From assembly GCA_001802125.1 (NCBI GenBank), contig MGZK01000130.1, positions 243-64,242 on the forward strand: DNA of 64,000 bases, written 5' to 3'. The position numbers and the translations under genes were made by a program. Below the pieces are notes generated by a model. The model worked only from the letters and a program-made list of their open reading frames with translations. It made no database searches and was not told the DNA's origin. This stretch comes from Geobacteraceae bacterium GWC2_55_20 (GTDB lineage Bacteria > Desulfobacterota > Desulfuromonadia > Geobacterales > Pseudopelobacteraceae). The number at the start of each line of letters is the position of its first letter. Within the stretch, counting starts at the first letter, position 1. Shown piece after piece: positions 35,034-43,994 of this stretch.

Positions 35034-36851
35034 TCAAGACTTGCCCTGCGATGTTTTCCGGCCAACAACCCTTTCAATCCAGACAGAAAGTTCCCTGCCG
35101 CTCTTCAGTGTCTCCTCCGGTATCGTCAAACCGCCTTTAGCCGCCAGGTCAGCGGCGTACTTGAGCTGCCCTTCGCTGGGCCCGCCACCCGCGCCGCGCG
35201 CAGCCGGTATGGTAAAACCCATCTTGTTGTGAACACCTTTGCAGAATCGTTGCCAGGTTTCCTTGTTCTCCACCACCAGATCAAGAAAACTCTCCATCCT
35301 GCTGGTCAGCTCATAATCTATCACCCAGGCGTGCTGTCCCCTCAGGTAATCAATCAGGGCTTCACCGGAGGGCATCGGAACCACCTTACCCTTCTCTTCC
35401 CTGACATAACCACGCCCGGTAATGTTTTTGGTGATCGCGGCATAGGTGGAGGGACGGCCGATGCCCAGCCGCTCCAGCTCCTTCACCAGTGAACCCAGCG
35501 TAAACCGTCCGGGCGGTTTGGTCTTTTTCTCATCCAGAACTTCCCCCAGCTTGGGCACCATTTCACCCGGCTCAACCGGCGGCAACAGCTGCAGTTTCTC
35601 GTCTTCACCCTTTTCCTTTTCCTCATCCGGCTCGGCATAGACCTTCAGAAAACCGTCGAAAACCAGTACCCTGCCGGAAGCCTTGAAGCGTTCCCCGGCC
35701 ACCTCGAAAAGCAGGACCGTTGAATCGAAGCGGGCCGGAGCCATCTGGCTGGCAACGGCACGCTTGAAGATCAGTTCGTAAAGTTTGGCATGTTCCTGTC
35801 TCAAGCCCTCCTTCACGACGATTCCGGCAATCTCGGCCATGGAATGCATATGGGTGGGACGGATGCCTTCATGCGCATCGGCCTGCGAGTTCTTGGATTT
35901 GTGCCGGTTGGGTTTTTCGGGTAGATAGCTGGAGCCGAGAGTTTTGCCCAGGAAATCGCGAATCTCGGCTATGAAGGCATCGTCCATCCGGACCGAATCG
36001 GTGCGGTGATAGGTGATGATGCCGTGGTCGAACAGCGCCTGGGCCAGTTTCATGGTCTGTTCTGGCGACAGTTTCAGCCGGACGGCTGCAGCCGCCTGCA
36101 GATCGACCGTTGTGAAAGGTGGCTTGGGCGATTGCCTGACCTCCTTTTTTTCAACCTTTGTCGCCAGCGCATGGGTTTCCGAACTGATGGCAGCCATAAT
36201 CGCCCGGGCATCCTCAACCAGTTCGAACTTGCCCCTGACGTGCCGCGCCAGAAACCTGACGCCGTCCTTGTCCAGCTGGATATCCAAAATCCAGTAGGGG
36301 GACGGTACAAAGGCCCGGATCTCGCGTTCACGGTCAACCACCAGCCGCACCGCCGGAGACTGCACCCTGCCGACGCTGTACTTGCCGCGCAGACTCCTGC
36401 TGGCGATCGGCGACAGGATGTAGCCGACCAGGCGATCGCCGATCCGGCGGCCGAGAAAGGCGTTGTAAAGCCCTGCGTTGGTCTTTTCGAACGGTACCGC
36501 CTTGGCCAGAGACTCCTTTAGCCCCTTCTCGGTAACTTCAAAGATCTCCATCCGCAGGCACTCCCTGGCAACGGATCGGACCTCCTGATGAATATGGCAG
36601 CTGATGGCATACCCTTCCCTATCCGGGTCACCGGCCAGCATCACGGTCTCACCCTTGGCGGCTGCCCGCAGTTCCTTGGGAAGGTTGGCCTTCTTCTCGT
36701 GGTAGACGAAGGTCGGCTCATAGCTCTTGAGATCGACGCCGATCGAGGAATCGGGCAGATCCTTGAAATGTCCCACCGTGGAGATGGTTTTGACCTTGAG
36801 GATCGCCTGGATTTTTTTCGCCTTGGTCGGCGACTCCACGATAATCAGCAT
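35034..36851 (-). CDS. Short type IA DNA topoisomerase (Toprim + core, no Zn-finger C-terminal domain)
   Basis: The Toprim start is MLIIVESPTKAKKIQ, followed by the acidic cluster GDPDREGYAI. The active-site tyrosine motif is GIITYHRTDS, and GIGRPSTYA is present. The C-terminal GQLKYAADLAAKGGLTIPEE resembles the short repeat at the ends of some accessory or mobile-element topoisomerases. Confidence 0.85.
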   Translation of the reverse strand: MLIIVESPTKAKKIQAILKVKTISTVGHFKDLPDSSIGVDLKSYEPTFVYHEKKANLPKELRAAAKGETVMLAGDPDREGYAISCHIHQEVRSVARECLRMEIFEVTEKGLKESLAKAVPFEKTNAGLYNAFLGRRIGDRLVGYILSPIASRSLRGKYSVGRVQSPAVRLVVDREREIRAFVPSPYWILDIQLDKDGVRFLARHVRGKFELVEDARAIMAAISSETHALATKVEKKEVRQSPKPPFTTVDLQAAAAVRLKLSPEQTMKLAQALFDHGIITYHRTDSVRMDDAFIAEIRDFLGKTLGSSYLPEKPNRHKSKNSQADAHEGIRPTHMHSMAEIAGIVVKEGLRQEHAKLYELIFKRAVASQMAPARFDSTVLLFEVAGERFKASGRVLVFDGFLKVYAEPDEEKEKGEDEKLQLLPPVEPGEMVPKLGEVLDEKKTKPPGRFTLGSLVKELERLGIGRPSTYAAITKNITGRGYVREEKGKVVPMPSGEALIDYLRGQHAWVIDYELTSRMESFLDLVVENKETWQRFCKGVHNKMGFTIPAARGAGGGPSEGQLKYAADLAAKGGLTIPEETLKSGRELSVWIERVVGRKTSQGKS

Positions 36852-36998
36852 GAATTACTGCACATGTTGAACTCCATCTTCAGTTTCCCATGGTTTAGCT
36901 ACGGATACCGGCATATTCCACTGGTGAATTCAATTAAACTGGTGTACTTTCAGCGGTATAGCATTTTGCATTTACATTCATTCCGGTGTGGAATCGTC

Positions 36999-37853
36999 AT
37001 GATTTTCAGAAAACTGTCCGAAGAGATGAAATTTACGATAGTCATCGTCGTAGCGGTACTGATGGTCCCGGTGGTATTCTATCTGCTCAACCTGTTTACC
37101 GACTTGAAAGCGCCACCAGCCAAACCGCGCGAGATGACCGTAATCGTAACCGAGGCCGAAAAGAAGCAGATTATGGCCAAGCTCCCTCCCCAGGAAGTAA
37201 TCAAAAGCGTTCGCGAAGCGATCAAGCAGGGCAATAACTCAACCGCCTACATGCAGCTGGGCAAGCCCCCCAAAGACTCCGCGGAATCCGAAGAGCTGCG
37301 CAAGCTGCTGGAAAAAGAGGCTAAATCACAAAAACGCCCCGGCATCAGGAAGGTAGCTGAAAACCCCCAGAATCCGGTCAAATATTTCGACGAGACCTCT
37401 CCCCGCGACAGATCTACCGATGCCTTTTATATCTACCTGGTCGATATTTACGGCACGGTCTGGCCACGCATCTGCATCCAGTCAGCTGGCAAAAAAGCGC
37501 TCGGCATCACCAGCTTCAGCATCAACGCCGATGGAAAAACATTTACAATCCAGCCTGCGATGGTCAAGGCCGAGAAGTTAGAGGACAAGGTTTCCGAATA
37601 TTTCGACGCGCTGCTAGACAAACAATCATACACCGCCCTGCAGGCCGTTCTCAGATCGCGCAAAGCATTGCTTAGCAGTATTGGCACAAAAGGAGAAGTG
37701 AAACGGGAGATAAGCGAACAGGAAAGAAAGGGTCTCTCCAGGATCCTGGACACCTATGCGGCGCTGGGGGGCAACTTTGCCTTTCTCCAGTCGGCCGCGC
37801 CGCTGCCGGCTCCTACAGCCCGCCACCCGAAAGCAACCGCCAAACAACGCTAA
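36999..37853 (+). CDS. Membrane-anchored hypothetical protein (284 aa)
   Basis: The ATG at 36999 precedes a single TM segment, FTIVIVVAVLMVPVVFYLLNLF. The track ORF start (36588) is antisense to the topoisomerase gene. I recognise no family. Confidence 0.5.
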   Translation: MIFRKLSEEMKFTIVIVVAVLMVPVVFYLLNLFTDLKAPPAKPREMTVIVTEAEKKQIMAKLPPQEVIKSVREAIKQGNNSTAYMQLGKPPKDSAESEELRKLLEKEAKSQKRPGIRKVAENPQNPVKYFDETSPRDRSTDAFYIYLVDIYGTVWPRICIQSAGKKALGITSFSINADGKTFTIQPAMVKAEKLEDKVSEYFDALLDKQSYTALQAVLRSRKALLSSIGTKGEVKREISEQERKGLSRILDTYAALGGNFAFLQSAAPLPAPTARHPKATAKQR

Positions 37854-38660
37854 TCACCTCAGCAGCGCGCCAAATACCGCCCACCCCAACACCGCCACCG
37901 TCATAGCGGCACATACCAGAGCCAGGAGCTTATGGATCCACGATTCCGGCCGGCGGTCATTGTAGCCCGCGATCATGCCGATCAGGACACCGCCGACGAC
38001 GCCGCCGCCATGCCCCCAGTTGTTAATACCCGGAAAAATCAGCCCGAACAGGAACAGGCTGAAGATCCAGCCCCCTACCTCGCGATAGACAGTGTTGCCG
38101 TAAGCGCCACCCCGGCTCTTGCCGTAATAGAGCATCGCGCCGATCAGGCTGCAGACGGCCGCCGAAGCGCCAATCGTAAATGAAACACCGGCCAGATAGG
38201 AAACGATGAAGCCGAAAACTCCCCCCAACGTGTAGATGATCAGCAGGCGACTGGGTCCGTATTCGCTGATCACCAGCGGCGCTATCTGACGCAGCGCCAT
38301 CATGTTGAAGATGATATGCAGAATGCCGCCATGCAGGTAATTGGCGCTGAGCAGCGACCATATCCGGCCGTAATAGTCGATCGGCATCGTACCGGTGGCT
38401 CCCAGAAGCAGCAACCCGGTCTGTCCTGGAGACATGAATCCCCCCCCGTTACCACCGCCGATCATCAGCGAAAGCGCAAAGTACAGCACGTTGAGAGTGA
38501 TGATCGCCTTGACCAGCCAGTCACCATCGCCACCCTTTTGCGTCCAGTTTATCAGGTGCCACCAGGATGCCGAACGCGACGTTCCGCACCATGAGCAGAC
38601 CTTTTCTTCACTGCCAATCAACTGCCGGCAGCGTGGGCAGAGTATTGCCCGTTGTGTCAT
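37854..38660 (-). CDS. Rhomboid-family intramembrane serine protease with an N-terminal zinc ribbon
   Basis: The zinc ribbon is CPRCRQLIGSEEKVCSWCG. The rhomboid motifs are HGGILHIIFN, GASAAVCSLIGA (catalytic Ser) and a distal His in GHGGG. Confidence 0.85.
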   Translation of the reverse strand: MTQRAILCPRCRQLIGSEEKVCSWCGTSRSASWWHLINWTQKGGDGDWLVKAIITLNVLYFALSLMIGGGNGGGFMSPGQTGLLLLGATGTMPIDYYGRIWSLLSANYLHGGILHIIFNMMALRQIAPLVISEYGPSRLLIIYTLGGVFGFIVSYLAGVSFTIGASAAVCSLIGAMLYYGKSRGGAYGNTVYREVGGWIFSLFLFGLIFPGINNWGHGGGVVGGVLIGMIAGYNDRRPESWIHKLLALVCAAMTVAVLGWAVFGALLR

Positions 38661-39440
38661 TTTTTACCTCGTACTTTTGATCCCGGTAAACAAGCGGCCA
38701 AGAAACATCCGGAGATGACAATCATCCTGCAGGGTTTTTAAATATCACAAATGGGCTTCGGTATAAACAGCTTTCGACGAGAACGGCTAAATCGGCGGAT
38801 CAGAATATTGAAATTCCCTCGAACAAGGTCAACCATACCCGGCTGCCGGAAACGAGCATCAAGAAACATTTCCTTGTTGACTGTTTGAGAGAAAACGTGA
38901 TTTTATTTACTGCGTTACAAGTAGAAGGCATTTTCAGTTGTTTTTACGCAAAGACCATTTCATAGGGGCTAAATTGAGACTTGGCAGGCCGGTACAGCTT
39001 TTTGTCATCATAATGATTTCGTGTTTCCTGACAACACTCGGTATGCGGCTTTCTTTTCTCGACCGGAGCACTGGCCCCAAACCCAGACCCCGCGCTATAT
39101 TGAAATCCTTTACCAACACATCCGTTTCCACTTGCAAGGCTGTTAATCCGCCAGATCAGTTTTTGGGGATTGTGTCGCATCATCAGCTGCAAATCATGCC
39201 TGCTTCTTGCAATACAGGTGTCATATCTCTTCAGATCACACCGTCACCAAATCATCCAACAGCCACAACCTCCGGTCGTTCTCCACCACTCTGCTGATTC
39301 CGTGTCTCCTTTTTACAATTTAAATTGGTTCTGACCATTTTGGTGTTGATTCCAGGCTGGTTAATGCGCCGACCGCCGTGCGGTCTACTGCGTTATCATC
39401 GCCTGGGAGCATCCTGCCATGCTCTCCGGAGAACTATCGA

Positions 39441-41177
39441 ATGAGCAATGCATCTTTTCGCGGAATAACTTTTTCAGCCATCATCCTGCTCGGCATCCTG
39501 TTATACGCCAATACAATCAACTACCCGCAGTTCCTGTTCGACGGAAATATGTTTCTTCTGAACAATCCGCTCTTCAAGAACCTTGATTACTATGCCAAAC
39601 TGTTCGACATACAGGAATTCAGCGGTCTTGATGAAAGTTTGGGACTGTATCCGGATGTAACAACCAACTTCATGATGCGGCCGGTGGCATATTTAACCTT
39701 CTCGATTAATTATCTGATAAGCGGCTTTAATCCTGCTGCCTTCAGATCGGTAAATATTGTCATTCACATTCTCAACTCACTGCTGGTGTTTGCCTGCATC
39801 GAACAGCTTTTGAATTCCATGCCGTCAAACAGGAGTCTCAGCCTGTTCTCCGCCCGTTTTATTCCGACGGCATCCGCTTTCGTATTCCTGCTGCACCCGA
39901 TGCATACGGAATCGGTCACCTATATCACGCAGCGGTTCGCTTCCCTGGCGGCTTTTTTCTATCTTGCGACCATCTGGCTATACCTTTTGTGGTCAAAAAA
40001 AGAACAACGAGGGGAAAAAGGCGGCCTGATTCGTTGGATGTCCGTGGTGGTGCTGCTGCTGGGCATGATGACCAGGGAGTCGTTATTTACCGCGCCAGTT
40101 ATGATCATATTACTGGAACTTACGGTGTTGGGTAACAAAAGCCTGAAGTCCGTTATCAGGAGAGTCGCGCCGCATTTAATGCTTATGCCGATAATTCCAG
40201 TCATGGTCATTTTGGTGAGTGCCGCCCAGGACAGTTCATCTCCCTCGCTTTCCGGAGCCATCAATATCGTAAATTACGTGGATACTCCGATTGCCCATTA
40301 TGCGCTGACCCAGTTGGTGGTGTTAGTCACATACTTAAGACTCTACCTCTTGCCATACGGGCAGAATGTGGATCCAGACCCGCAACTGTACACACATCCA
40401 TTCCAATGGCCGGTTTTAAGCGCCGCTAGCATACTTGTTTTAATGGCCGGTTATGCATTCCATCTTTTCCGCGGAAACCGGAACGATGTACGTTGTGTAC
40501 TGGTATTTGTGGGGGTCGCCTGGTATTTGCTGGCGATTTCGGTTACTTCCAGCTTCATTCCGTTGCCGGATCTGATGGCTGAGCACCGGGCGTACCTTCC
40601 GTCGGTCGGATTCATCATGGCTCTGATATGCATGATCGATATTCTGCGCACAAAGGCCGAATCAACACGAGTAAATAGAATTTTTGTGATCGGGATCTCG
40701 GTATGGTGCATGCTCTTGATTGTCCTGACATACAACAGAAACAAGGTATGGCGTTCACCAGTACGATTATGGAGTGATGCCGTTAAAAAAAGTCCGGCAA
40801 AAGACAGACCCTGGATCAACCTTGGAGTTGCCTACGGAAAATCCGGAAATTTTTTAGAAGCATCGAAGTGTTTTCTGAAAGTCATCGAGATTAATCCGGA
40901 TTGGAGTCAGACATACGAAATGCTGGGCGATTCGTATCTGGAACTCAAGCGATATCAGGAAGCGGTGGATGTGAGTCTTAGAGGGATCGACATTGATCCT
41001 GCCAATCCGGTTATTTACAACAATCTTGGCATTGCGTATGCCGAAATGGGCAAAGAGGAAGATGCCAAACAGGCGTTTTCCACGGCAATTGCTTTGAAAC
41101 CCGGCTATCAGAACGCCATGATAAATCTGGACAGGATGGAGTCTTTTATGGAGTCCAAAATCGGCAGGAGGAAGTAG
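39441..41177 (+). CDS. Polytopic membrane protein with three C-terminal TPR repeats (TMTC/DUF1736-like, putative GT-C glycosyltransferase)
   Basis: It has about 10 or more hydrophobic segments and starts YANTINYPQFLFDGNMFLLNNP. The C-terminal NLGVAYGKSGNFLEA, MLGDSYLELKRYQEA and NLGIAYAEMGKEEDA are TPR-like. The ATG at 39441 is preferred over the GTG at 39378. Confidence 0.65.
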   Translation: MSNASFRGITFSAIILLGILLYANTINYPQFLFDGNMFLLNNPLFKNLDYYAKLFDIQEFSGLDESLGLYPDVTTNFMMRPVAYLTFSINYLISGFNPAAFRSVNIVIHILNSLLVFACIEQLLNSMPSNRSLSLFSARFIPTASAFVFLLHPMHTESVTYITQRFASLAAFFYLATIWLYLLWSKKEQRGEKGGLIRWMSVVVLLLGMMTRESLFTAPVMIILLELTVLGNKSLKSVIRRVAPHLMLMPIIPVMVILVSAAQDSSSPSLSGAINIVNYVDTPIAHYALTQLVVLVTYLRLYLLPYGQNVDPDPQLYTHPFQWPVLSAASILVLMAGYAFHLFRGNRNDVRCVLVFVGVAWYLLAISVTSSFIPLPDLMAEHRAYLPSVGFIMALICMIDILRTKAESTRVNRIFVIGISVWCMLLIVLTYNRNKVWRSPVRLWSDAVKKSPAKDRPWINLGVAYGKSGNFLEASKCFLKVIEINPDWSQTYEMLGDSYLELKRYQEAVDVSLRGIDIDPANPVIYNNLGIAYAEMGKEEDAKQAFSTAIALKPGYQNAMINLDRMESFMESKIGRRK

Positions 41178-41180
41178 TTC

Positions 41181-43142
41181 TCACCAGACATACTCCCCGG
41201 CGATCTCGCGTTTGTCCTTGCCGGCCAGGATGTGCATCACCCTCATCCGCCTGAGTTTGACCGGCGACAGCGAACCGAGCGGGATGTAGACAATCCGCCG
41301 GTCCAGCCGGGCAGCCATCTGCTTGAAGATGCTGCGCGGCGGCTTGGCGGCGGCATAGACCACGTATTTTTCAGTCGAATAATCCAGGGCCGCCATCAGC
41401 AGGACTTCGGCCCGACTGGCGGCCAGGCGGTAATCCGGATCTTCCCAGACATCCAGCATGCGCCGCGGCGGATAGGACAACAGGAAACCGCCGTACTCGC
41501 AGCGACAGATGCCGGGACCAACCACATTCTCGGCCGGATCGGTGGCATAGAAGGCCATGTCCGACTCCTGGTCATGCTCCCCGAGCCAGGTCATGCGATA
41601 GGGGAATTTCCGGTTGCGGCGATCCTCATCGAAAACCACAACCAGACACCCCACCCCACCCCTGGCCCGCAGCTGTTCCCGGACGTAAATCGCCCCTTCG
41701 TGGATGTTGCGCATGGTTTCGCGGATATCGATGCCATCCAGCATCGAGCCGCAGAACTTTTCGCTGCGGCTCAGCTCTTCCGAAAGCTGCATGCTTCCCT
41801 TGCGCTTCAGGAACCGGCCGTAATCTTCGATCGCCAGGTCTTCGGGCGGATAGGAACAGATCGAGGGATCGTCAAAGCCTTCCAGCCATTCGCCCGGCCG
41901 CCGTTCCCGTTTGCGTTTAAGAAATCCGAAACGGGAGAGTCCCTTGTCCCGCTTCTGGCGCGGCCGGAAGCGGATCCTGCGGCTGCCGCCCCAGATTTCT
42001 TCCGGAGAGATCCTGATCGTGCCCAGATCGCTGCTCTCCTGCTGCCAGGGGTAGCAGACCGCCAGGCGGCAGAAGGCATAGGCGAAGTTGTCATCGATAC
42101 AGCCCCGCGCTGCGGCCAGCATTTGGAACAGGTCCGGCAGCAGCATGCCGCCGGCCAGGGCATAGTTGCGGGCAAAGCGGAAAAAAGCCCGCTTTTGCCA
42201 GAGGTGCAGGCTTTCTCCGGTTTCCTGGCGATAGTGGCGGGCCGCCTCGCTGAACAGGCGGTAGATGACCCGCTGCCGGTCGAGAAAAAGGCCTTCGCAC
42301 CCCAGGTGGCGCGCTGTCCGGCGGATGGCGTTGTCCAGCAGCTGTTCCTCGGGGACTTCCTGTTTACCGCCGCTGATCAGCTCCAGCGCATGAAACCGTT
42401 TGCGCAGACCGGCGCCGTTCTCCAGCGGCTCGTCCGGCAACGCTGAGCGGCGATACTCATGAACCGCTGACAGAAAGGGAAACTCGGCCAGGATCTCGCC
42501 GCACGATTCGGGATGCAGGTTGAAGACGCCGACACCCTCGCGCCGGACCCGCTCCAGCGGTGCCGCCAGCGGGGTATGGTAGTGTTGCTTGATCCGCTCC
42601 AGGTGGGCCATGCCGCAGACCAGAAGAACCCGCTGGTGCCGGCGGGCAAGCTCCTGCAGCCGGAAGGCCATGCCCTGCTCGCGGCGCCGGTCCTCTCGGT
42701 CGGGGAGCTGATCGCCGCAGGCGGCGCGGTATTCGCGATAGTAGGCCTCCAGTCCGATGCGGCAGATGCTGTAGGAGTCGGGCAACTGTTCCGCGTGACG
42801 GGGGTAGCTGTCGCTGTCCACATCGATCAGATGCAGCGGCAGACCCTGCTCAAGAGCCAGCCGGGCGGCCTCCACCAGCGGGTCGGCCGGTTCCACCAGC
42901 AGGTAGACGGTCTCTTCCTTTTCCTTTGTTTTGCACCGGTAGCTGATAACCGAAATCTGCGGCAGGCGCCGCAAGGCCCTTAGAAAAGGGACCTCCAGCG
43001 TATGGGGCAGTTCGATCGCCACCGCATCCGGCCGGACCCGCTGAAAAGCCATCCGCGCCAGTTGGGCAAACTCCATCCGGTAATGCAGCACCGGCAGGGC
43101 CTGGATCGGGCCGAATTGTTCGAGATACAGGCGTTGGGGCAT
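41181..43142 (-). CDS. Large uncharacterised protein (653 aa), YehM/DUF5682-like with a TraB/ChaN-like N-terminus
   Basis: The N-terminal LPVLHYRMEFAQLARMAFQRVRPDAVAIELPHTLE resembles the HHSP...PD.V.iE.P pattern I recall for DUF5682 and TraB-like folds. I saw no MIDAS/VWA motif. The start lies 2 nt after the AAA+ gene stop (TGACCATG). Confidence 0.6.
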   Translation of the reverse strand: MPQRLYLEQFGPIQALPVLHYRMEFAQLARMAFQRVRPDAVAIELPHTLEVPFLRALRRLPQISVISYRCKTKEKEETVYLLVEPADPLVEAARLALEQGLPLHLIDVDSDSYPRHAEQLPDSYSICRIGLEAYYREYRAACGDQLPDREDRRREQGMAFRLQELARRHQRVLLVCGMAHLERIKQHYHTPLAAPLERVRREGVGVFNLHPESCGEILAEFPFLSAVHEYRRSALPDEPLENGAGLRKRFHALELISGGKQEVPEEQLLDNAIRRTARHLGCEGLFLDRQRVIYRLFSEAARHYRQETGESLHLWQKRAFFRFARNYALAGGMLLPDLFQMLAAARGCIDDNFAYAFCRLAVCYPWQQESSDLGTIRISPEEIWGGSRRIRFRPRQKRDKGLSRFGFLKRKRERRPGEWLEGFDDPSICSYPPEDLAIEDYGRFLKRKGSMQLSEELSRSEKFCGSMLDGIDIRETMRNIHEGAIYVREQLRARGGVGCLVVVFDEDRRNRKFPYRMTWLGEHDQESDMAFYATDPAENVVGPGICRCEYGGFLLSYPPRRMLDVWEDPDYRLAASRAEVLLMAALDYSTEKYVVYAAAKPPRSIFKQMAARLDRRIVYIPLGSLSPVKLRRMRVMHILAGKDKREIAGEYVW

Positions 43143-43144
43143 GG

Positions 43145-43963
43145 TCAGGCCAGATACGGCAGGGCTTCGTCCCCCAGGATGCGCTGCACCGCCAGCCTGA
43201 GCAGGTCGCGGGGCGGCTGGCCGCCGGCCGCGGACATCTTGAGGGCATAGCGGGCGATGTTGATGCCGTCCCGGACAGAGTAGAGTTCATCGGCGGCGTG
43301 GGAGCGTTGCAGGAAGTCCACCACGTATTTGAGGATGCCGCTGTCGGCAAAGGGGAGGTTTTCCTGCAGGATCACCAGCTCCTCGTCGGCTTCGGGAAAG
43401 TCGATGTAGATCTGGGGCTGCAGGCGGGAATGGATGTATTCGGGGATCTCGAAGGTCGAGGCATCCTCGTTCATCGTGACCACGATCCGGAAATCACGCT
43501 GGGCCGGAATCCGCAGTCCGGTAACGATTGACTCCACGTAGCGGCGATCGTCCAGAAGTGGCGCCAGCGAGGCCCAGGCCTTTTCGCTCATGCGGTTGCC
43601 CTCGTCCAGGATCAGCACCCCGCCGGTCAGCATGGCCGAAACCAGTGACGAGGCGGCATACTGGATCCTGCCGTCCGGTCCGATCACCGGTGTCACGATC
43701 AGATCCTCGGGACGGGTGTCCATTGTGGCCTGGTACAGATAGACCGGCCTTTCCAGGCGCCGGGCGGCGGCATAGGCCAGCGTGGTCTTGCCCACCCCAG
43801 GCTTGCCGATCAGGCGCGGGTTGAATGGAATGTCCCGTTCATCGATCACCATCCAGGCCGCCAGCAGTTGCCGCAGCAGCTCTTCCTGGCCGACCCATTT
43901 CAGATTGAGTTCCACCGGACCTGCCAGAGAGAGTGTTATGCCATCCAGTGTTACCTTTTCCAT
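43145..43963 (-). CDS. Compact MoxR-class AAA+ ATPase (AAA_5; CbbQ/NorQ-like size, 272 aa)
   Basis: Walker A is GKPGVGKTT and Walker B is VLILDEGNR. It also has VVTMNE (sensor-1 region) and SVRDG near the C-terminus. Confidence 0.8.
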   Translation of the reverse strand: MEKVTLDGITLSLAGPVELNLKWVGQEELLRQLLAAWMVIDERDIPFNPRLIGKPGVGKTTLAYAAARRLERPVYLYQATMDTRPEDLIVTPVIGPDGRIQYAASSLVSAMLTGGVLILDEGNRMSEKAWASLAPLLDDRRYVESIVTGLRIPAQRDFRIVVTMNEDASTFEIPEYIHSRLQPQIYIDFPEADEELVILQENLPFADSGILKYVVDFLQRSHAADELYSVRDGINIARYALKMSAAGGQPPRDLLRLAVQRILGDEALPYLA

Positions 43964-43994
43964 AAAAGAGGCTCCGCGGTTTGATTTTTACCGA

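Noticed and set aside
36930-36975. Possible sigma-54 promoter (CGGTATAGCATTTTGCA) upstream of the 36999 membrane-protein gene
   Set aside because: The GG-to-GC spacing is 13 nt rather than 12. The alternative TGGTGT-N5-CAGC has poor -24 and -12 elements.
41232-42446. 404-aa plus-strand ORF, plus several 120-170-aa ORFs in other minus-strand frames across 41.8-43.4 kb
   Set aside because: The long ORF is antisense to the 653-aa gene, and the shorter ones are out of frame with it and with the AAA+ gene. The sense genes form a tightly coupled operon with good start contexts. These alternative frames are Pro/Arg/Ala/Gly-rich, as expected for high-GC shadow ORFs.
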